From Candidatus Poribacteria bacterium (GTDB lineage: Bacteria > Poribacteria > WGA-4E > PCPOR2b), in the NCBI GenBank assembly GCA_965208325.1, contig OZ242326.1, forward strand, positions 1,184,001 through 1,248,000: 64,000 bases of DNA. Reading direction: 5' to 3'. The translations under genes were made by a program, and so were the position numbers. A model generated the notes under the pieces. The model was not told the DNA's origin. It made no database searches and was given only the letters and a program-made list of their open reading frames with translations. Below, one piece after another: positions 52,244-63,444 of the stretch (within the stretch, counting starts at the first letter, position 1; every line of letters begins with the position of its first letter).

Positions 52244-52501
52244 CAATCACGGTTCTTGTAGGTAGGGTAGAGCGGGTATTACCAAAATCGTCCCGATAGT
52301 GTTAACCGTCCGGAACACTAAACATTGCACTTTGTCCATTACATGTAGCGAAACCCAACGATCAACTGAGCGAATAGCGAAGGCGATAGTCTTCAGCGTT
52401 GAAACCTCTCGACAATCAAATGGTTACCTGCTCCCCTAATCACACCCCATCATTTAATCACACGAATCACAGTTCAACCAGTCTCCATTACCACAATCTC
52501 A

Positions 52502-53410
52502 TCAATCGGTATACTCATATCCCCACGTTTGCGTCCAATTGGGAAGGTACCCTTCGGTTTCCTCAAACCCGTAGGACCTCGCAATTTGGCGAGAATGCAC
52601 GTGCGGCCACGCTTGACCGCCGATTAATCGAAATTCGTCTCCCTTGCCGGATAGCCAATAGAACATATGCGCAATGTATCTGGATAACTGATGCCCTCCG
52701 TAATAAGCCGTCTGAAAGTCGAAGTCGGGCTCGATGATCCAATCCCGCTTCGGCGGCACGGTTCGCCAGTAATTATATTTTAGCATGTGGCGGACGCCCT
52801 CTATTGTGGATTCTCCTTTGCGGTGCAAAATACTTTGATGATGAACAATCAGAGATCCCGCCGGGGCAGCGGTCGCAATTCCTTTGTCCCCTGCATGCCA
52901 CGGCTGAGGACGCAGATGCGACTCCGGCACAATCCCGGTAGGTCCTAATTCCACTGGGGTATCCTGTGGGTAGTAGAACACTTCGACAAAGTTAACCTCG
53001 GGCCCAAATATGCAGTCGTGGTCTTGATGCCAATTCTGAGGCGGCCCCGGACACTGAGCGCGGTGATGGCTAACTAGTATTGGCAAGCCGATTTGCCGCC
53101 CTAGCAGCGACCGCAACACACCCGTCAATTGCGGATTGAGCAACGCATGTTCAATAAACCAATCCTCAAGCAGAAGCGTGCTATTCGTGGCGTTGCGAAT
53201 TCGCTCCAAATCTTCAGTTGTCATCCCTTCAGGAATATAACTCGGATTAGCCGGTAGCCTACCTTCCAAATATTCAATTGCCCGCAGATTGATTTCATCG
53301 GGCACCACACCCTCCAAAATCACATACCCACTGCGGCAAAATTCAAGCACCTGTGAATCTGTTAGCGTCGGTTCACAGTCAAACGTCCTATTCTCTTTAT
53401 CGTATTTCAT
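52502..53410 (-). CDS. PhyH-family dioxygenase
   Basis: GYVILEGVV, WHQD, GPTGIVPESH, ILHR. Confidence 0.88.
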   Translation of the reverse strand: MKYDKENRTFDCEPTLTDSQVLEFCRSGYVILEGVVPDEINLRAIEYLEGRLPANPSYIPEGMTTEDLERIRNATNSTLLLEDWFIEHALLNPQLTGVLRSLLGRQIGLPILVSHHRAQCPGPPQNWHQDHDCIFGPEVNFVEVFYYPQDTPVELGPTGIVPESHLRPQPWHAGDKGIATAAPAGSLIVHHQSILHRKGESTIEGVRHMLKYNYWRTVPPKRDWIIEPDFDFQTAYYGGHQLSRYIAHMFYWLSGKGDEFRLIGGQAWPHVHSRQIARSYGFEETEGYLPNWTQTWGYEYTD

Positions 53411-53539
53411 TGTAGTTCCCCTCCATCGTTGAAAAGCATTTGGGATGATGTACTGCCGTTAAGGATGAGGTCTTGTATCAAATTTAGGTCCCATAGAACA
53501 CTGCCGCGCAACAATACAAAGAATTACAATAGCCGGTTC

Positions 53540-55153
53540 TCATAAGCTAAATTCACGCAAATAACGCAACTGTAATTCCAACTCATTGCTCCGTTTGCGC
53601 ACACCGTTCTGATGCGCTTTATTTCGCGTAATCACATGTTGATAAGTAAGATTCAGTTGCCACGATCGGAGCGGTTCATAAACAAGCCGAAATCCCGCAC
53701 CGTCTCGCCGCTCAACCACACCGGACGGATACGGAATCGATTCAGAATCTTCATTACGAAAGCGGTCTTGAACATCTGCCTCGCCTTGACGCTCGAATTC
53801 GTAGAAGACGGCGAAAAACGTATCGGCGTCAATTAGGTATTCGCCCCCCAGATAGAAGGTATCCGCATCGGTGCCGATACGATGGCCGATAAATGATCCG
53901 AAATGCGTGAATTGGTTCTCTTGCACGAGGTGCGTATACGCCCAACGATTCACGCGGGCGTACTCGCTACGAACGCTCAGTTTTTTTGATGCGAGCAGAC
54001 CGTTGCATTCCGCTCCCGCCAGCCACGCAACTGCGTTTGGATCGTTGGTATCCGCGTACTGAAAATCATCAATCAACCACTCACCGTACAATCGCGCACC
54101 ATCAATGGGGCGAATCGCTCCTTCGAACAGGAACATCACATTATCGTCAGTATCGGCGTTGTATTGGCTCGCATAATACGGCAGAATCGGATTCAGGTAT
54201 TGCCATTCAACATCTCTTGCATTGCCGCCGTACAGAATCAACTCGGAAATACCGACTTCGATTCGGTCGTTCACCTGCCAATCCAGACGGTGCCCTGCAA
54301 GATACCGATTTGCGAGGTACCGCCGCGTAGGGCCGTCCTGATCATGCCACATCTGATCCAACTGCGCCGTGAACGCCGTGCCTTTCACCCGCCCAAACCG
54401 TCCCGTTAACAGGATGAGGTCAAACGGCGGTGAGTTGTCAGAAATTCCAACCGCGCCCCGATTTCCCGTACCCCAAAAGATTTGGTCGCGGCCAATTAAG
54501 ACATCAATTTTAGAGACAGGGAATCGTAAGTAAACTCGTTTGAAATCCGCAGAGTAACCGCTGTGCCACGACTTTAAGCGTCTGGAAGCGGATCTTGATT
54601 CAATGGGATATTTTTCCGTAAACTTCCCAGCCTCGAATTCTTGATACAGTGTAATCCGCCTGCTTACGTGATAATGGAACGCCCCTTCGACCGCAGGCGA
54701 AATCTGTGAATCCGTTCTCGGTGTGCGCATCTGTGCCGCCCCGCGCATACGCAATCCATGTCCGGTTTTCGGTGCGGATAGGATGGCCAGTTCCCGCTCA
54801 AACTCAAGCTTTAACTTATCAAGCAAATGAACGTGGATTTGCGACGGGTCCACTCGCCCTTCAGCAATTCGCTCGTCCGCACGTGCAATCGCTTCCGCAA
54901 CCTCCCAACGTGTCCGGGGTCGCGTGTGCCGATGAAAACCGCCGGTTACGCCATCAGTTTCCAATTTCTCTAGAGCAGAATCGACCCAACCGTCAAAATG
55001 GAGCGGGGTGTTTGGAATGGCGTAAGTAGATTTTGCTGCAAAGAAGGCGATGCCGCCAACACAGATCAGAACGCTTAAGATCGATAGCGATTCCGCGCCG
55101 AAAAACCGTTTTTGGGGTGAGGAGCGTGGGAGTGAAGATCCAAGCCGTTTCAT
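53540..55153 (-). CDS. capsule assembly Wzi-family outer-membrane protein
   Basis: GRDQIFWG, SDNSPPFD, GHRL, YLNP, YGEWLIDD; beta-barrel C-terminus; start uncertain. Confidence 0.75.
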   Translation of the reverse strand: MKRLGSSLPRSSPQKRFFGAESLSILSVLICVGGIAFFAAKSTYAIPNTPLHFDGWVDSALEKLETDGVTGGFHRHTRPRTRWEVAEAIARADERIAEGRVDPSQIHVHLLDKLKLEFERELAILSAPKTGHGLRMRGAAQMRTPRTDSQISPAVEGAFHYHVSRRITLYQEFEAGKFTEKYPIESRSASRRLKSWHSGYSADFKRVYLRFPVSKIDVLIGRDQIFWGTGNRGAVGISDNSPPFDLILLTGRFGRVKGTAFTAQLDQMWHDQDGPTRRYLANRYLAGHRLDWQVNDRIEVGISELILYGGNARDVEWQYLNPILPYYASQYNADTDDNVMFLFEGAIRPIDGARLYGEWLIDDFQYADTNDPNAVAWLAGAECNGLLASKKLSVRSEYARVNRWAYTHLVQENQFTHFGSFIGHRIGTDADTFYLGGEYLIDADTFFAVFYEFERQGEADVQDRFRNEDSESIPYPSGVVERRDGAGFRLVYEPLRSWQLNLTYQHVITRNKAHQNGVRKRSNELELQLRYLREFSL

Positions 55154-55258
55154 CGCATATCAGCTTAATCGAATTTCGGACAAAAGTCAAACACGATTAC
55201 CACCCGGTTTCTGCCGCTCAAGCCTACCCGCCACGTCTCGCACCTTGCGCACCCAACT

Positions 55259-57640
55259 TTAGTCGCCTCCCGAAAGTTTCGGCTTATTCAGGCTGATTGT
55301 CGTGTATCGGTCCTCCCCCTCTACTATCTGGATAAACTGATTCGACGCGACATTGTGAAATGTCTGCGTGTTGCCGGTAGTTGGCCAAAATATCTCTAAG
55401 TGCTCAATGTTCGATGCACTCCCTAACCCGATGGCTTGCCGTAACGGGTTCGCACCAAAAGTGCCGCCGCTGTTAACGTGCTTGTAGATGGATCGGCCAT
55501 CCCCGTTTTCGACGACTTTTGCACAGATGCGCACGCCGATTGCCGATCGGTTCGATCGAACGCCTATGAGTTTTATCGTAATCCAATGATTATCGAAACC
55601 CGGATTTTCATACAACACGTTATTGTATGCGTCGCCCGGCAGTGCACCGCCCATCTGCTCAAATACATCCTGATCGCCGTCGTTGTCAAGATCAGCGAAG
55701 ACCGCCCCGTGCCCTTTCTGCACGTGGCTGAACCCGCCGGCAACACTCACATCTACGAACCGTTTCCCGCCCTGATTCCGGCACATCACGTTCGGCATGA
55801 TATTCTCATAGTCCGGGTATCCGGTGCCAAGATAAAAATCGAGGAAGCCGTCGTTGTCCAAATCGCCGAAGTTAGACCCCATCGGCGCTGTGGGGCGAAT
55901 CAAGTTATATTGCCGTGCGACTTCATCAAATCCCCCGGTACTGTTCCCGCGGTAAAGACACGCAAATTCTGTTTCCACCGGAATATCCAGCCAACTCGCC
56001 GCAAGGTGTTCGATGTTGGCGGAATATGCCGACACATACAAATCAAGTCGCCCGTCATTGTCAAAGTCCCAAAACCAAGCAGGAAAACTGACCTCGGGCA
56101 GGTCAACATTCAGTTTTCGCGCGACATTCGTAAATGTGCCGTCCCTATTGTTGTGATATAGTCGATTCCCGCCTTTATAATTGGATATGTACAAATCTAG
56201 CCAACCATCGCCATCGTAGTCGCCCCAGATTGCCGATTTCGAGAACCGATAATTCCGTACGCCCGCCTTAGCAGCCAGATCGGTGAATGTCCCGTCGCCG
56301 TTGTTGCGAAACAGTTGGCACGGCGCACGCAGCGCTTTGGAAGATTCGTTGCCAATGTACAAATCGAGATAACCGTCATTGTCGTAATCGCCCCAAGACG
56401 CTGTACCGCTGGGATAATACGCCGCACCCAGACCCGATTCGAAAGTGACATCCGTGAATGTGCCCTCCCCATTGTTGCGTAATAAGGAGTTCGGGTGTTG
56501 TCCTTCGTTCTCAATCCATGCGCCGCGTAGAACGAGGATATCAGTATCCCCATCGTTGTCATAGTCCGCTTGAACCATGTTCAACCCGCCGTATAGTCCT
56601 ATCAGCCCGGCTTCCATCGTCCGTTCCGTGAACGTCCCGTCCTGGTTGTTTCTGAAAAAACGAAGCTGACCGTCGGTATCCCACGTCGATGTCACAATAT
56701 CAAGGTAGTCATCATTGTCAAAATCGTCGATAACCGCACCGCCTGACAAATCAAACGTATCCAGCCCCAGTCTCGGCGCAACATTCGCAAAGCGCGGAAA
56801 TTCTTCCTCCGACTCAAAGGCTATTGGCGGAATAAGATAAGACTCGGGCACCCGATCGGGATAGCCCCCGATTGTCATATACGCAATGTTTATCAACCAT
56901 TGGGCGCCCAGATGAAGTGACGCCCGTTGCGGTGTTCGTTGGAGCACCTCCCCGAAAAATGCAATCGCTTTTAGGGAAGATTCTTGCTGCGTATGAATTC
57001 CGCCGCCTCGTAGTGGTAAAATACAGCTCTCCGGTCTGTTGCGTAGGCAGCAATTCTCTGTTTCGCCGCGCCGCATGTAAGCCACGCCAAGACGATAGTG
57101 AGTATGATTCAACACCTCCACCGGAACCGCATCCTGTTGTGTCCGCGTGAGGTGAAGTGCGCGCTCAAGATATTCAATTCCTTCTAGTTCATGCCCCAAG
57201 TGGAGTAATTCGTGTCCCAATTGCATATAAGCCATCCATTTCGTCCGATCGGATGTTCCTGCTGGAAACTCGGCAATCTGCTTACGTAGCGTGCGTGCTT
57301 TTGCATCTCCCAAGAAGGAGTTTTCGTCCGGCGTTTCATCCGCTATCTGCTGCAGCAATTTCAGCATCCGTTTGTGCCCCGGCGGTGCAGTAGGGGAAGA
57401 CTTCTCCGCAGGCATTGATACCGCCGCTGTCGTAGCCGCCGATGCTGAACCTTTTTCGCCAGAGGAATTTTCACCTGCGGCAGGCGAACTTCCCATGCCA
57501 ACACCCGCCGTCCAGAGGACTATAAAAACTCCAAAAACCACTCTACAGGAAACGAATGCCGTTTGCCGCAATCCATCAGATGTATTCAACTCACCGCTAT
57601 GTGGAGATGGTTCAGTTTTGGGGAACTTTAATTTCGCCAT
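55259..57640 (-). CDS. CRTAC1-like protein: TPR, FG-GAP repeats and ASPIC/UnbV domain
   Basis: About 7 DxDNDGxxD repeats with LxRNNGDGTFTD; C-terminal GxxSNRSAIG...GLG...IFWP. Confidence 0.9.
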   Translation of the reverse strand: MAKLKFPKTEPSPHSGELNTSDGLRQTAFVSCRVVFGVFIVLWTAGVGMGSSPAAGENSSGEKGSASAATTAAVSMPAEKSSPTAPPGHKRMLKLLQQIADETPDENSFLGDAKARTLRKQIAEFPAGTSDRTKWMAYMQLGHELLHLGHELEGIEYLERALHLTRTQQDAVPVEVLNHTHYRLGVAYMRRGETENCCLRNRPESCILPLRGGGIHTQQESSLKAIAFFGEVLQRTPQRASLHLGAQWLINIAYMTIGGYPDRVPESYLIPPIAFESEEEFPRFANVAPRLGLDTFDLSGGAVIDDFDNDDYLDIVTSTWDTDGQLRFFRNNQDGTFTERTMEAGLIGLYGGLNMVQADYDNDGDTDILVLRGAWIENEGQHPNSLLRNNGEGTFTDVTFESGLGAAYYPSGTASWGDYDNDGYLDLYIGNESSKALRAPCQLFRNNGDGTFTDLAAKAGVRNYRFSKSAIWGDYDGDGWLDLYISNYKGGNRLYHNNRDGTFTNVARKLNVDLPEVSFPAWFWDFDNDGRLDLYVSAYSANIEHLAASWLDIPVETEFACLYRGNSTGGFDEVARQYNLIRPTAPMGSNFGDLDNDGFLDFYLGTGYPDYENIMPNVMCRNQGGKRFVDVSVAGGFSHVQKGHGAVFADLDNDGDQDVFEQMGGALPGDAYNNVLYENPGFDNHWITIKLIGVRSNRSAIGVRICAKVVENGDGRSIYKHVNSGGTFGANPLRQAIGLGSASNIEHLEIFWPTTGNTQTFHNVASNQFIQIVEGEDRYTTISLNKPKLSGGD

Positions 57641-58139
57641 AATTTTCTTTCAGTGCGGGCATCTTGAGTCTTCGTTTGAGATGATATTATATGCGGAAAG
57701 GCTATTATTTTCAATATAATTAAATTCTGGGATTCATAAATCCGCTGCGATCTCGACAATTCGCCGCCCAACTGACGACAGCTTCGGCCGAATCACGATA
57801 GCCAAGGACGCATTAACAACCACGCGATTGGCGTAACGCCTTGCCGATGCGCGTTTTTATGTTTTTTTGCATTGTTACCCGCTATATAGGTATAATAGTA
57901 TTTTGAACTTGGCGCGAGTCAATCGAAAATGACGCATGAGCCGGCAAGCAGGCGATATGCGCCAGCATGCATAGCATACCCGCCGCAAGCTAGGCTAACT
58001 TCAAGAAACGAATCTCAGCATCACGTGAAACTCCTTAGGATGGCTAAAGGAGTGAAAACGAGAGGGGGAGAAAACGAGAAGGCGAGTACAAGCAATTCCC
58101 CGTCTTCCCGTCTTCTCCATCATAATGGGGGTAGAGCAA

Positions 58140-58898
58140 ATGTCTACGACTACCGACCTTAACGCCGCGATTGATCACCTAACCGTCTACGGCTACTGTA
58201 TATTGGAAAACCGCATTCCCGAGGACATGGCGCTGAGCATGGCTGAGCGATTCCTCGAATTGCACGCAGACCCGCAGTGGAATTCTTTCAAGATTGGTGA
58301 CGAATACTATCAGACACTGTTTGGGATGCTGAACCTTGACGACCGTGTATGGAACTGTTCCGGCCATCCCGACGTGGTCGCAATCGCAGAGCATTTTCTG
58401 GGGCCAAACTGTCGAATCCCCGATGCGTGTTCCAAGCCAACTTGGCCCGGTGCGCCGCACGGACCGTTGCACGTTGATTCCGCCAGCACTTTCGCTAGGG
58501 TGCCGAGTGTGCCGTGGATGATTAACGGTATGTGGATGTTGACGGAGTTCACCGAAGAAAACGGTGCAACTGGCGTCGTGCCGCTGAGCCACCGCACGCG
58601 CTTGCACGGTCCGCCGCCGGAAATTACGCCCGACAGTCCGCTAATTAAGCCTATCACCGGACGTCCCGGTACCGTGATGTTGTGGCATGCCGGACTATTC
58701 CACATGTCGCGCGCCAACACCACATCCGACGAAATTCGGGTCGGGCTGAATTCAGGTTACTGCCCACGCTGGTTCAACAATTGGGCTGAAGGATGCCATC
58801 AGCCGGTTTGGCCCGAAACATACGAGCGAATGCCGCCCGAAATGAGGCGTCTGTGTCCAGGCCGTCTCGGACGAAACCGCGCAGAGCTTTACGAATAA
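58140..58898 (+). CDS. PhyH-family dioxygenase
   Basis: GYCILE, LHVD, FTEENGATGVVPLSH, LFH...N. Confidence 0.9.
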   Translation: MSTTTDLNAAIDHLTVYGYCILENRIPEDMALSMAERFLELHADPQWNSFKIGDEYYQTLFGMLNLDDRVWNCSGHPDVVAIAEHFLGPNCRIPDACSKPTWPGAPHGPLHVDSASTFARVPSVPWMINGMWMLTEFTEENGATGVVPLSHRTRLHGPPPEITPDSPLIKPITGRPGTVMLWHAGLFHMSRANTTSDEIRVGLNSGYCPRWFNNWAEGCHQPVWPETYERMPPEMRRLCPGRLGRNRAELYE

Positions 58899-58912
58899 CA
58901 ACCCATGCACCC

Positions 58913-58935
58913 GTAGGAGCGATTTCCAAATCGCG
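58913..58935 (+). repeat. GTAG-type REP-like element (family B variant)
   Basis: GTAGGAGCGATTTCCAAATCGCG, 14 nt after a stop codon. Confidence 0.65.
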
Positions 58936-59026
58936 GCTTCGCCAACCTACATTATCCCGGTTGAATTCTGGGATAATTCCGCAACGAAGCGCCTAATATT
59001 TACGAGTTGAATTAAGGAGCGCCTTA

Positions 59027-61579
59027 ATGCCAAAACACATGTACAATCCCGCCGCCATTGAACCGAAATGGCAGAGCATTTGGGAGAAACGTGAGACCTT
59101 TCGCATACCCAACGACCCCGAGGCATGGAAAGGAAAACCAAAATTTTACATACTAGGCATGTTCCCGTACGTTTCAGGCTCCGGCTTGCATGTCGGCCAT
59201 CCCAAGGGGTATCTTGCGACTGACGTCATCGCCAACATGCGGCGAATGCAGGGCTACAATGTCCTCCACCCGATGGGTTGGGACGCCTTTGGGCTCCCGG
59301 CGGAACGCGCCGCTGAACGCGGGAACGTACACCCCGCGGCAATCACCGAAAAAATGGTGGACATGTTCCGCAGGCAAATCAAGCGGCTCGGATTCTCATA
59401 TGACTGGAGTCGGGAAATTAACACCTCCGCCCCTGAATATTACAGATGGACGCAGTGGATTTTCCTCAAACTCTACGAGAAAGGCCTCGCATACCTTGAA
59501 GATGTACCCGTTAATTGGTGTCCTGCGCTCGGCACAGTCCTCGCCAACGAAGAGGTAAAAGACGGGAAATACATCGAAACCGGCGACCCCATTGAAAGGC
59601 GTCACATGCGCCAATGGATGCTGAAAATTACAGCCTATGCCGAGCGGTTACTCGAAGACCTGAATCAACTGGATTGGCCCGAAAGTCTCAAAGAGATGCA
59701 ACGGAATTGGATCGGAAAATCGGAGGGCGCAGATATACAATTCTCCATAAAGGACACCCATCTCACTTTTACGGTGTTCACAACCCGGCCGGACACACTC
59801 TTCGGTGCCACATACTGTGTCTTTGCTCCCGAACACCCGATCGTTTCACAGATTGTGTCCGATGACCGAAAGGACGCGGTCAAGGCGTACATCGCAGAAA
59901 CCAAGAACAAATCCGACCTTCAGCGAACCGATCTCGCGACAGAAAAGACAGGGGTTTTCACGGGCGCCTACGCAATCAATCCCTCCAACAATGCCGCAAT
60001 TCCAATTTGGATCGCCGACTATGTGCTGATTTCCTACGGCACTGGCGCCATCATGGCTGTGCCGGGGCACGATGAACGCGATCACGAATTTGCTGCCGCG
60101 TTTAACATCCCCATCGTCGAAGTCATCAGTGGCGGCGAGAACCCGATTAAGGTTGTACCATTCACCGACGACGGTATCTGTGTGAACAGCGGTTTCCTCA
60201 ACGGCTTGGGTGGCGCGGACGCAAAAGAAAAGATGATTGAATGGCTTGAACAGCAAAACAAAGGCAAGCGGCAGGTGCAGTATCGCTTGCGCGACTGGCT
60301 ATTTTCCCGCCAGCGTTACTGGGGGGAGCCATTCCCAATTGCGCATCTCGAAGACGGAACCATTGCTACCATTCCTGAAGGCGGGCTTCCCGTGGAACTT
60401 CCATCAATTGATGAATACCGGCCCACGCCCGATGGTAAACCTCCCCTTGCCCGTGCGGAGGATGACTGGCTTACGGTGTCCCTCCCTGACGGGCGTGTTG
60501 GAATGCGAGAAACCAATACTATGCCGCAATGGGCAGGTTCCTGTTGGTACTATTTGCGGTATATCGATACGCAGAACCGTGACGCGCCGTGGTCTGCCGA
60601 AGCGGAACAGTACTGGCTGCCGGTTGACCTATACATCGGCGGCGCCGAGCACGCTGTATTGCATCTTCTCTACGCACGGTTCTGGCACAAAGTGTTGTTC
60701 GACTGCGGACTTGTGTCCACGAACGAACCGTTTCAAAACCTCTTCAATCAGGGGACAATTCTTGCTGAATCCTATCAGGACGATAACGGAAAATACTACT
60801 ATCCTCACGACGTCGAGAAAAAGGGCGAAAAATGGTTCGTTAAGGCATCTGATAGACCTGTCAATACTCAGCTTGAGAAGATGAGCAAGTCCAAATTCAA
60901 CGTCGTGAACCCAGACGATGTCATTGACCAATACGGTGCGGATGCGGTGCGGCTCTACGAACTTTTCATCGGTCCTTTGAGCGTCAGTACGCCGTGGCAG
61001 ACCGCCGGCGTAGAAGGCGTGTACCGCTTCCTCAACCGCGTCTGGAGGCTGGTCATTGACCAACACACGGGGGAATTGAGTAAGAAATTAACGGACGCTC
61101 CCGGCGACAGCGATGAAACATTGTGGAAAGCATTGCACCAGACCATCAAAGTCGTAACGGAGGACACAGAATCCATAGACAAGTTAAACACGGCCATTAG
61201 CCAGATGATGGTGTTTGTCAACACCGCGACGCAATCCCGTACGTTGCCCAAAGAGTCGATAAGCACCTTTCTCCGGTTGCTTTTCCCGTACGCGCCGCAC
61301 ATCGCCGAAGAACTGTGGGAACGTCTAGGCAACACCGATCTGGTCGCGAAGGCGTCATGGCCAAAATATGTTCCAAAAGCGCTCATCCGGGAACAGGTAA
61401 CAATCGTCGTCCAAGTCAACGGAAAACTGCGCAGCCGAATTCAACTGCCCATGGACTCGGGCCGCGAAGAAGCTGAAACTGCCGCGCTTGCGGACGAACG
61501 CATCCAAACCCATGTTGCCGGGAAAACCATACGCAAAGTGATTGTCGTACCGAACCGGCTGATTAACATCGTCGTGTAA
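59027..61579 (+). CDS. leuS: leucine--tRNA ligase
   Basis: [47 protein letters not shown]. Confidence 0.97.
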   Translation: MPKHMYNPAAIEPKWQSIWEKRETFRIPNDPEAWKGKPKFYILGMFPYVSGSGLHVGHPKGYLATDVIANMRRMQGYNVLHPMGWDAFGLPAERAAERGNVHPAAITEKMVDMFRRQIKRLGFSYDWSREINTSAPEYYRWTQWIFLKLYEKGLAYLEDVPVNWCPALGTVLANEEVKDGKYIETGDPIERRHMRQWMLKITAYAERLLEDLNQLDWPESLKEMQRNWIGKSEGADIQFSIKDTHLTFTVFTTRPDTLFGATYCVFAPEHPIVSQIVSDDRKDAVKAYIAETKNKSDLQRTDLATEKTGVFTGAYAINPSNNAAIPIWIADYVLISYGTGAIMAVPGHDERDHEFAAAFNIPIVEVISGGENPIKVVPFTDDGICVNSGFLNGLGGADAKEKMIEWLEQQNKGKRQVQYRLRDWLFSRQRYWGEPFPIAHLEDGTIATIPEGGLPVELPSIDEYRPTPDGKPPLARAEDDWLTVSLPDGRVGMRETNTMPQWAGSCWYYLRYIDTQNRDAPWSAEAEQYWLPVDLYIGGAEHAVLHLLYARFWHKVLFDCGLVSTNEPFQNLFNQGTILAESYQDDNGKYYYPHDVEKKGEKWFVKASDRPVNTQLEKMSKSKFNVVNPDDVIDQYGADAVRLYELFIGPLSVSTPWQTAGVEGVYRFLNRVWRLVIDQHTGELSKKLTDAPGDSDETLWKALHQTIKVVTEDTESIDKLNTAISQMMVFVNTATQSRTLPKESISTFLRLLFPYAPHIAEELWERLGNTDLVAKASWPKYVPKALIREQVTIVVQVNGKLRSRIQLPMDSGREEAETAALADERIQTHVAGKTIRKVIVVPNRLINIVV

Positions 61580-61659
61580 CCCGCGCGGATTTCACAACGA
61601 ATATCATAATTCGCAAGGGTTCATCATTCGTCATAAAACCGAGGAGGAAATCGAAAGTA

Positions 61660-63330
61660 ATGTCTGAAACCCAAAATGAAGGCGTACTTATCACTCCCAT
61701 CGGCGGTCTGGGAGAGTTCGGCTTGAACATGATGACCTATGAGTACGCCGACGACCTCATCATCATTGACGCTGGCATAATGTTTCCCGAGGCAGACACT
61801 CCGGGCGTAGATTTGGTTGTACCCGATATAACATATCTAATCGAGAATCGGCGCAAAATCCGCGGAATCGTGGTCACACACGCGCACGAAGATCATACCG
61901 GTGCACTCGCGTTTCTGCTGCGCCAAATAAACATCCCGGTCTACGGCACCGAACTCACGCTAGCGCTCGCGCAGCGTAGATTGCAGGAGTACGACGTCTT
62001 AAAGAATGCCCAACTCAGCGTCATCAATCCGGATCACCCTTTGAAACTTGGATGCTTCACGCTTGAATTCATCCATGTGGCGCATAGTATTCCCGGCACA
62101 GTATCAGTCGCCCTTCATTCCCCGGTCGGTACAATCGTACATACCGCCGACTTTAAGTTTGACCTCACTCCCGTCGACAATCGCCGCACCGAAATACACA
62201 AACTTGCTATCCTTGGAGAAAAAGGTGTGCTGTTGCTGGTTTCGGATAGCACCAATGCTGACCGCCCCGGTTTCACGCCCTCTGAGCGCGCCATTTACTC
62301 AGACATGGACGCAATTTTTCAGAGCGTTGACCGCCGCCTCTTCCTATCAACCTTTTCATCTAGCTTACACCGCATCCAGCAATTCATCGATCTCGCCGTA
62401 CTTCATCGCCGCCTCATAGCCGTCACCGGACGTTCCATGGTAAACAACATTCGAATCGCTTCAGAGTTAGGTTACTTAACCGTGCCCCCAGACCTCCTCA
62501 TCGATCCTCGAGAGGTGAAGCAGTTTCGGCCCCACGAGGTCGTGGTCTTGAGCACTGGCAGCCAAGGCGAACCGCGTTCCGCTATGGCGTTGATGGCGAT
62601 GAACAATCACGCATTTCTGAATATTGAACCCCAGGACACAGTGGTACTATCCGCCCGTATCATCCCGGGCAATGAGCGGTCGGTCGGGCACATGATAAAT
62701 CACCTACTTCGGCGAGGCGCACGCGTCCACCACGAGAAAAACGCCGATGTCCATGTGTCCGGACACGGCGCACGGGAAGATCTCAAGTTGATGATTAACC
62801 TCGTGCGCCCCAAATATTTTGTGCCGATGCACGGTGAATACAGCCATCTTGTTCATCATGCCGAAATCGCTGAGGAGATTGGAATTCCCTACGAAAATAT
62901 CACAGTGGCTGAAAACGGCGATCAGCTACTCCTAAACCCCGACTTCTGCGGCATCCAAGCGCGCGTTCAATCGGGACGCGTTTTCGTTGATGGCAAGCTG
63001 GAAATGGGAGTTGAGGACATGGTGTTGCATGATCGGCAGGCGCTCTCGCAGGACGGCATGGTCATCCCGATTGTTGTGCTCGATCGCAACACCGGCAAAA
63101 TCGCCGCGGGCCCCGACATGGTTTCGCGCGGCTTTGTTTACATGGACGATTCAAAACCGCTCATAGACGAAGCCAAAGAAATCGTCATCAATTCCATAGA
63201 CGCACTTAGCGAAGAGGTCAAAAGTGAAACGGAGACCGTGCAAGAGGAAATCCGTATAGTCCTCCGCCGTTTCTTCTCAAAACGCACAAAACGCCGCCCC
63301 ATGGTGCTCCCCGTTGTCATGCGCGTCTAA
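61660..63330 (+). CDS. rnj: ribonuclease J
   Basis: GGLGEFG, THAHEDH, HSIP, DSTN, TGSQGE, HVSGH, PMHGE. Confidence 0.96.
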   Translation: MSETQNEGVLITPIGGLGEFGLNMMTYEYADDLIIIDAGIMFPEADTPGVDLVVPDITYLIENRRKIRGIVVTHAHEDHTGALAFLLRQINIPVYGTELTLALAQRRLQEYDVLKNAQLSVINPDHPLKLGCFTLEFIHVAHSIPGTVSVALHSPVGTIVHTADFKFDLTPVDNRRTEIHKLAILGEKGVLLLVSDSTNADRPGFTPSERAIYSDMDAIFQSVDRRLFLSTFSSSLHRIQQFIDLAVLHRRLIAVTGRSMVNNIRIASELGYLTVPPDLLIDPREVKQFRPHEVVVLSTGSQGEPRSAMALMAMNNHAFLNIEPQDTVVLSARIIPGNERSVGHMINHLLRRGARVHHEKNADVHVSGHGAREDLKLMINLVRPKYFVPMHGEYSHLVHHAEIAEEIGIPYENITVAENGDQLLLNPDFCGIQARVQSGRVFVDGKLEMGVEDMVLHDRQALSQDGMVIPIVVLDRNTGKIAAGPDMVSRGFVYMDDSKPLIDEAKEIVINSIDALSEEVKSETETVQEEIRIVLRRFFSKRTKRRPMVLPVVMRV

Positions 63331-63347
63331 TCGTAAGCGCTCAATCC

Positions 63348-63385
63348 CGGTAGGAGCGATCTCCGAATCGCGACACATACTCCCT
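63348..63385 (+). repeat. GTAG-type REP-like element (family B)
   Basis: Near-identical to 52206-52243; 17 nt after the rnj stop. Confidence 0.8.
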
Positions 63386-63444
63386 TTATCGCAGCCAATC
63401 ATTCAATCTCAAAAATCACAGTTCAGATAATTAAGGGATACCCA

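Noticed and set aside
58899..59026. T-box leader before leuS (also checked before cysS)
   Set aside because: Intergenic regions are short and lack the T-box consensus; the hairpin here is a REP-like element
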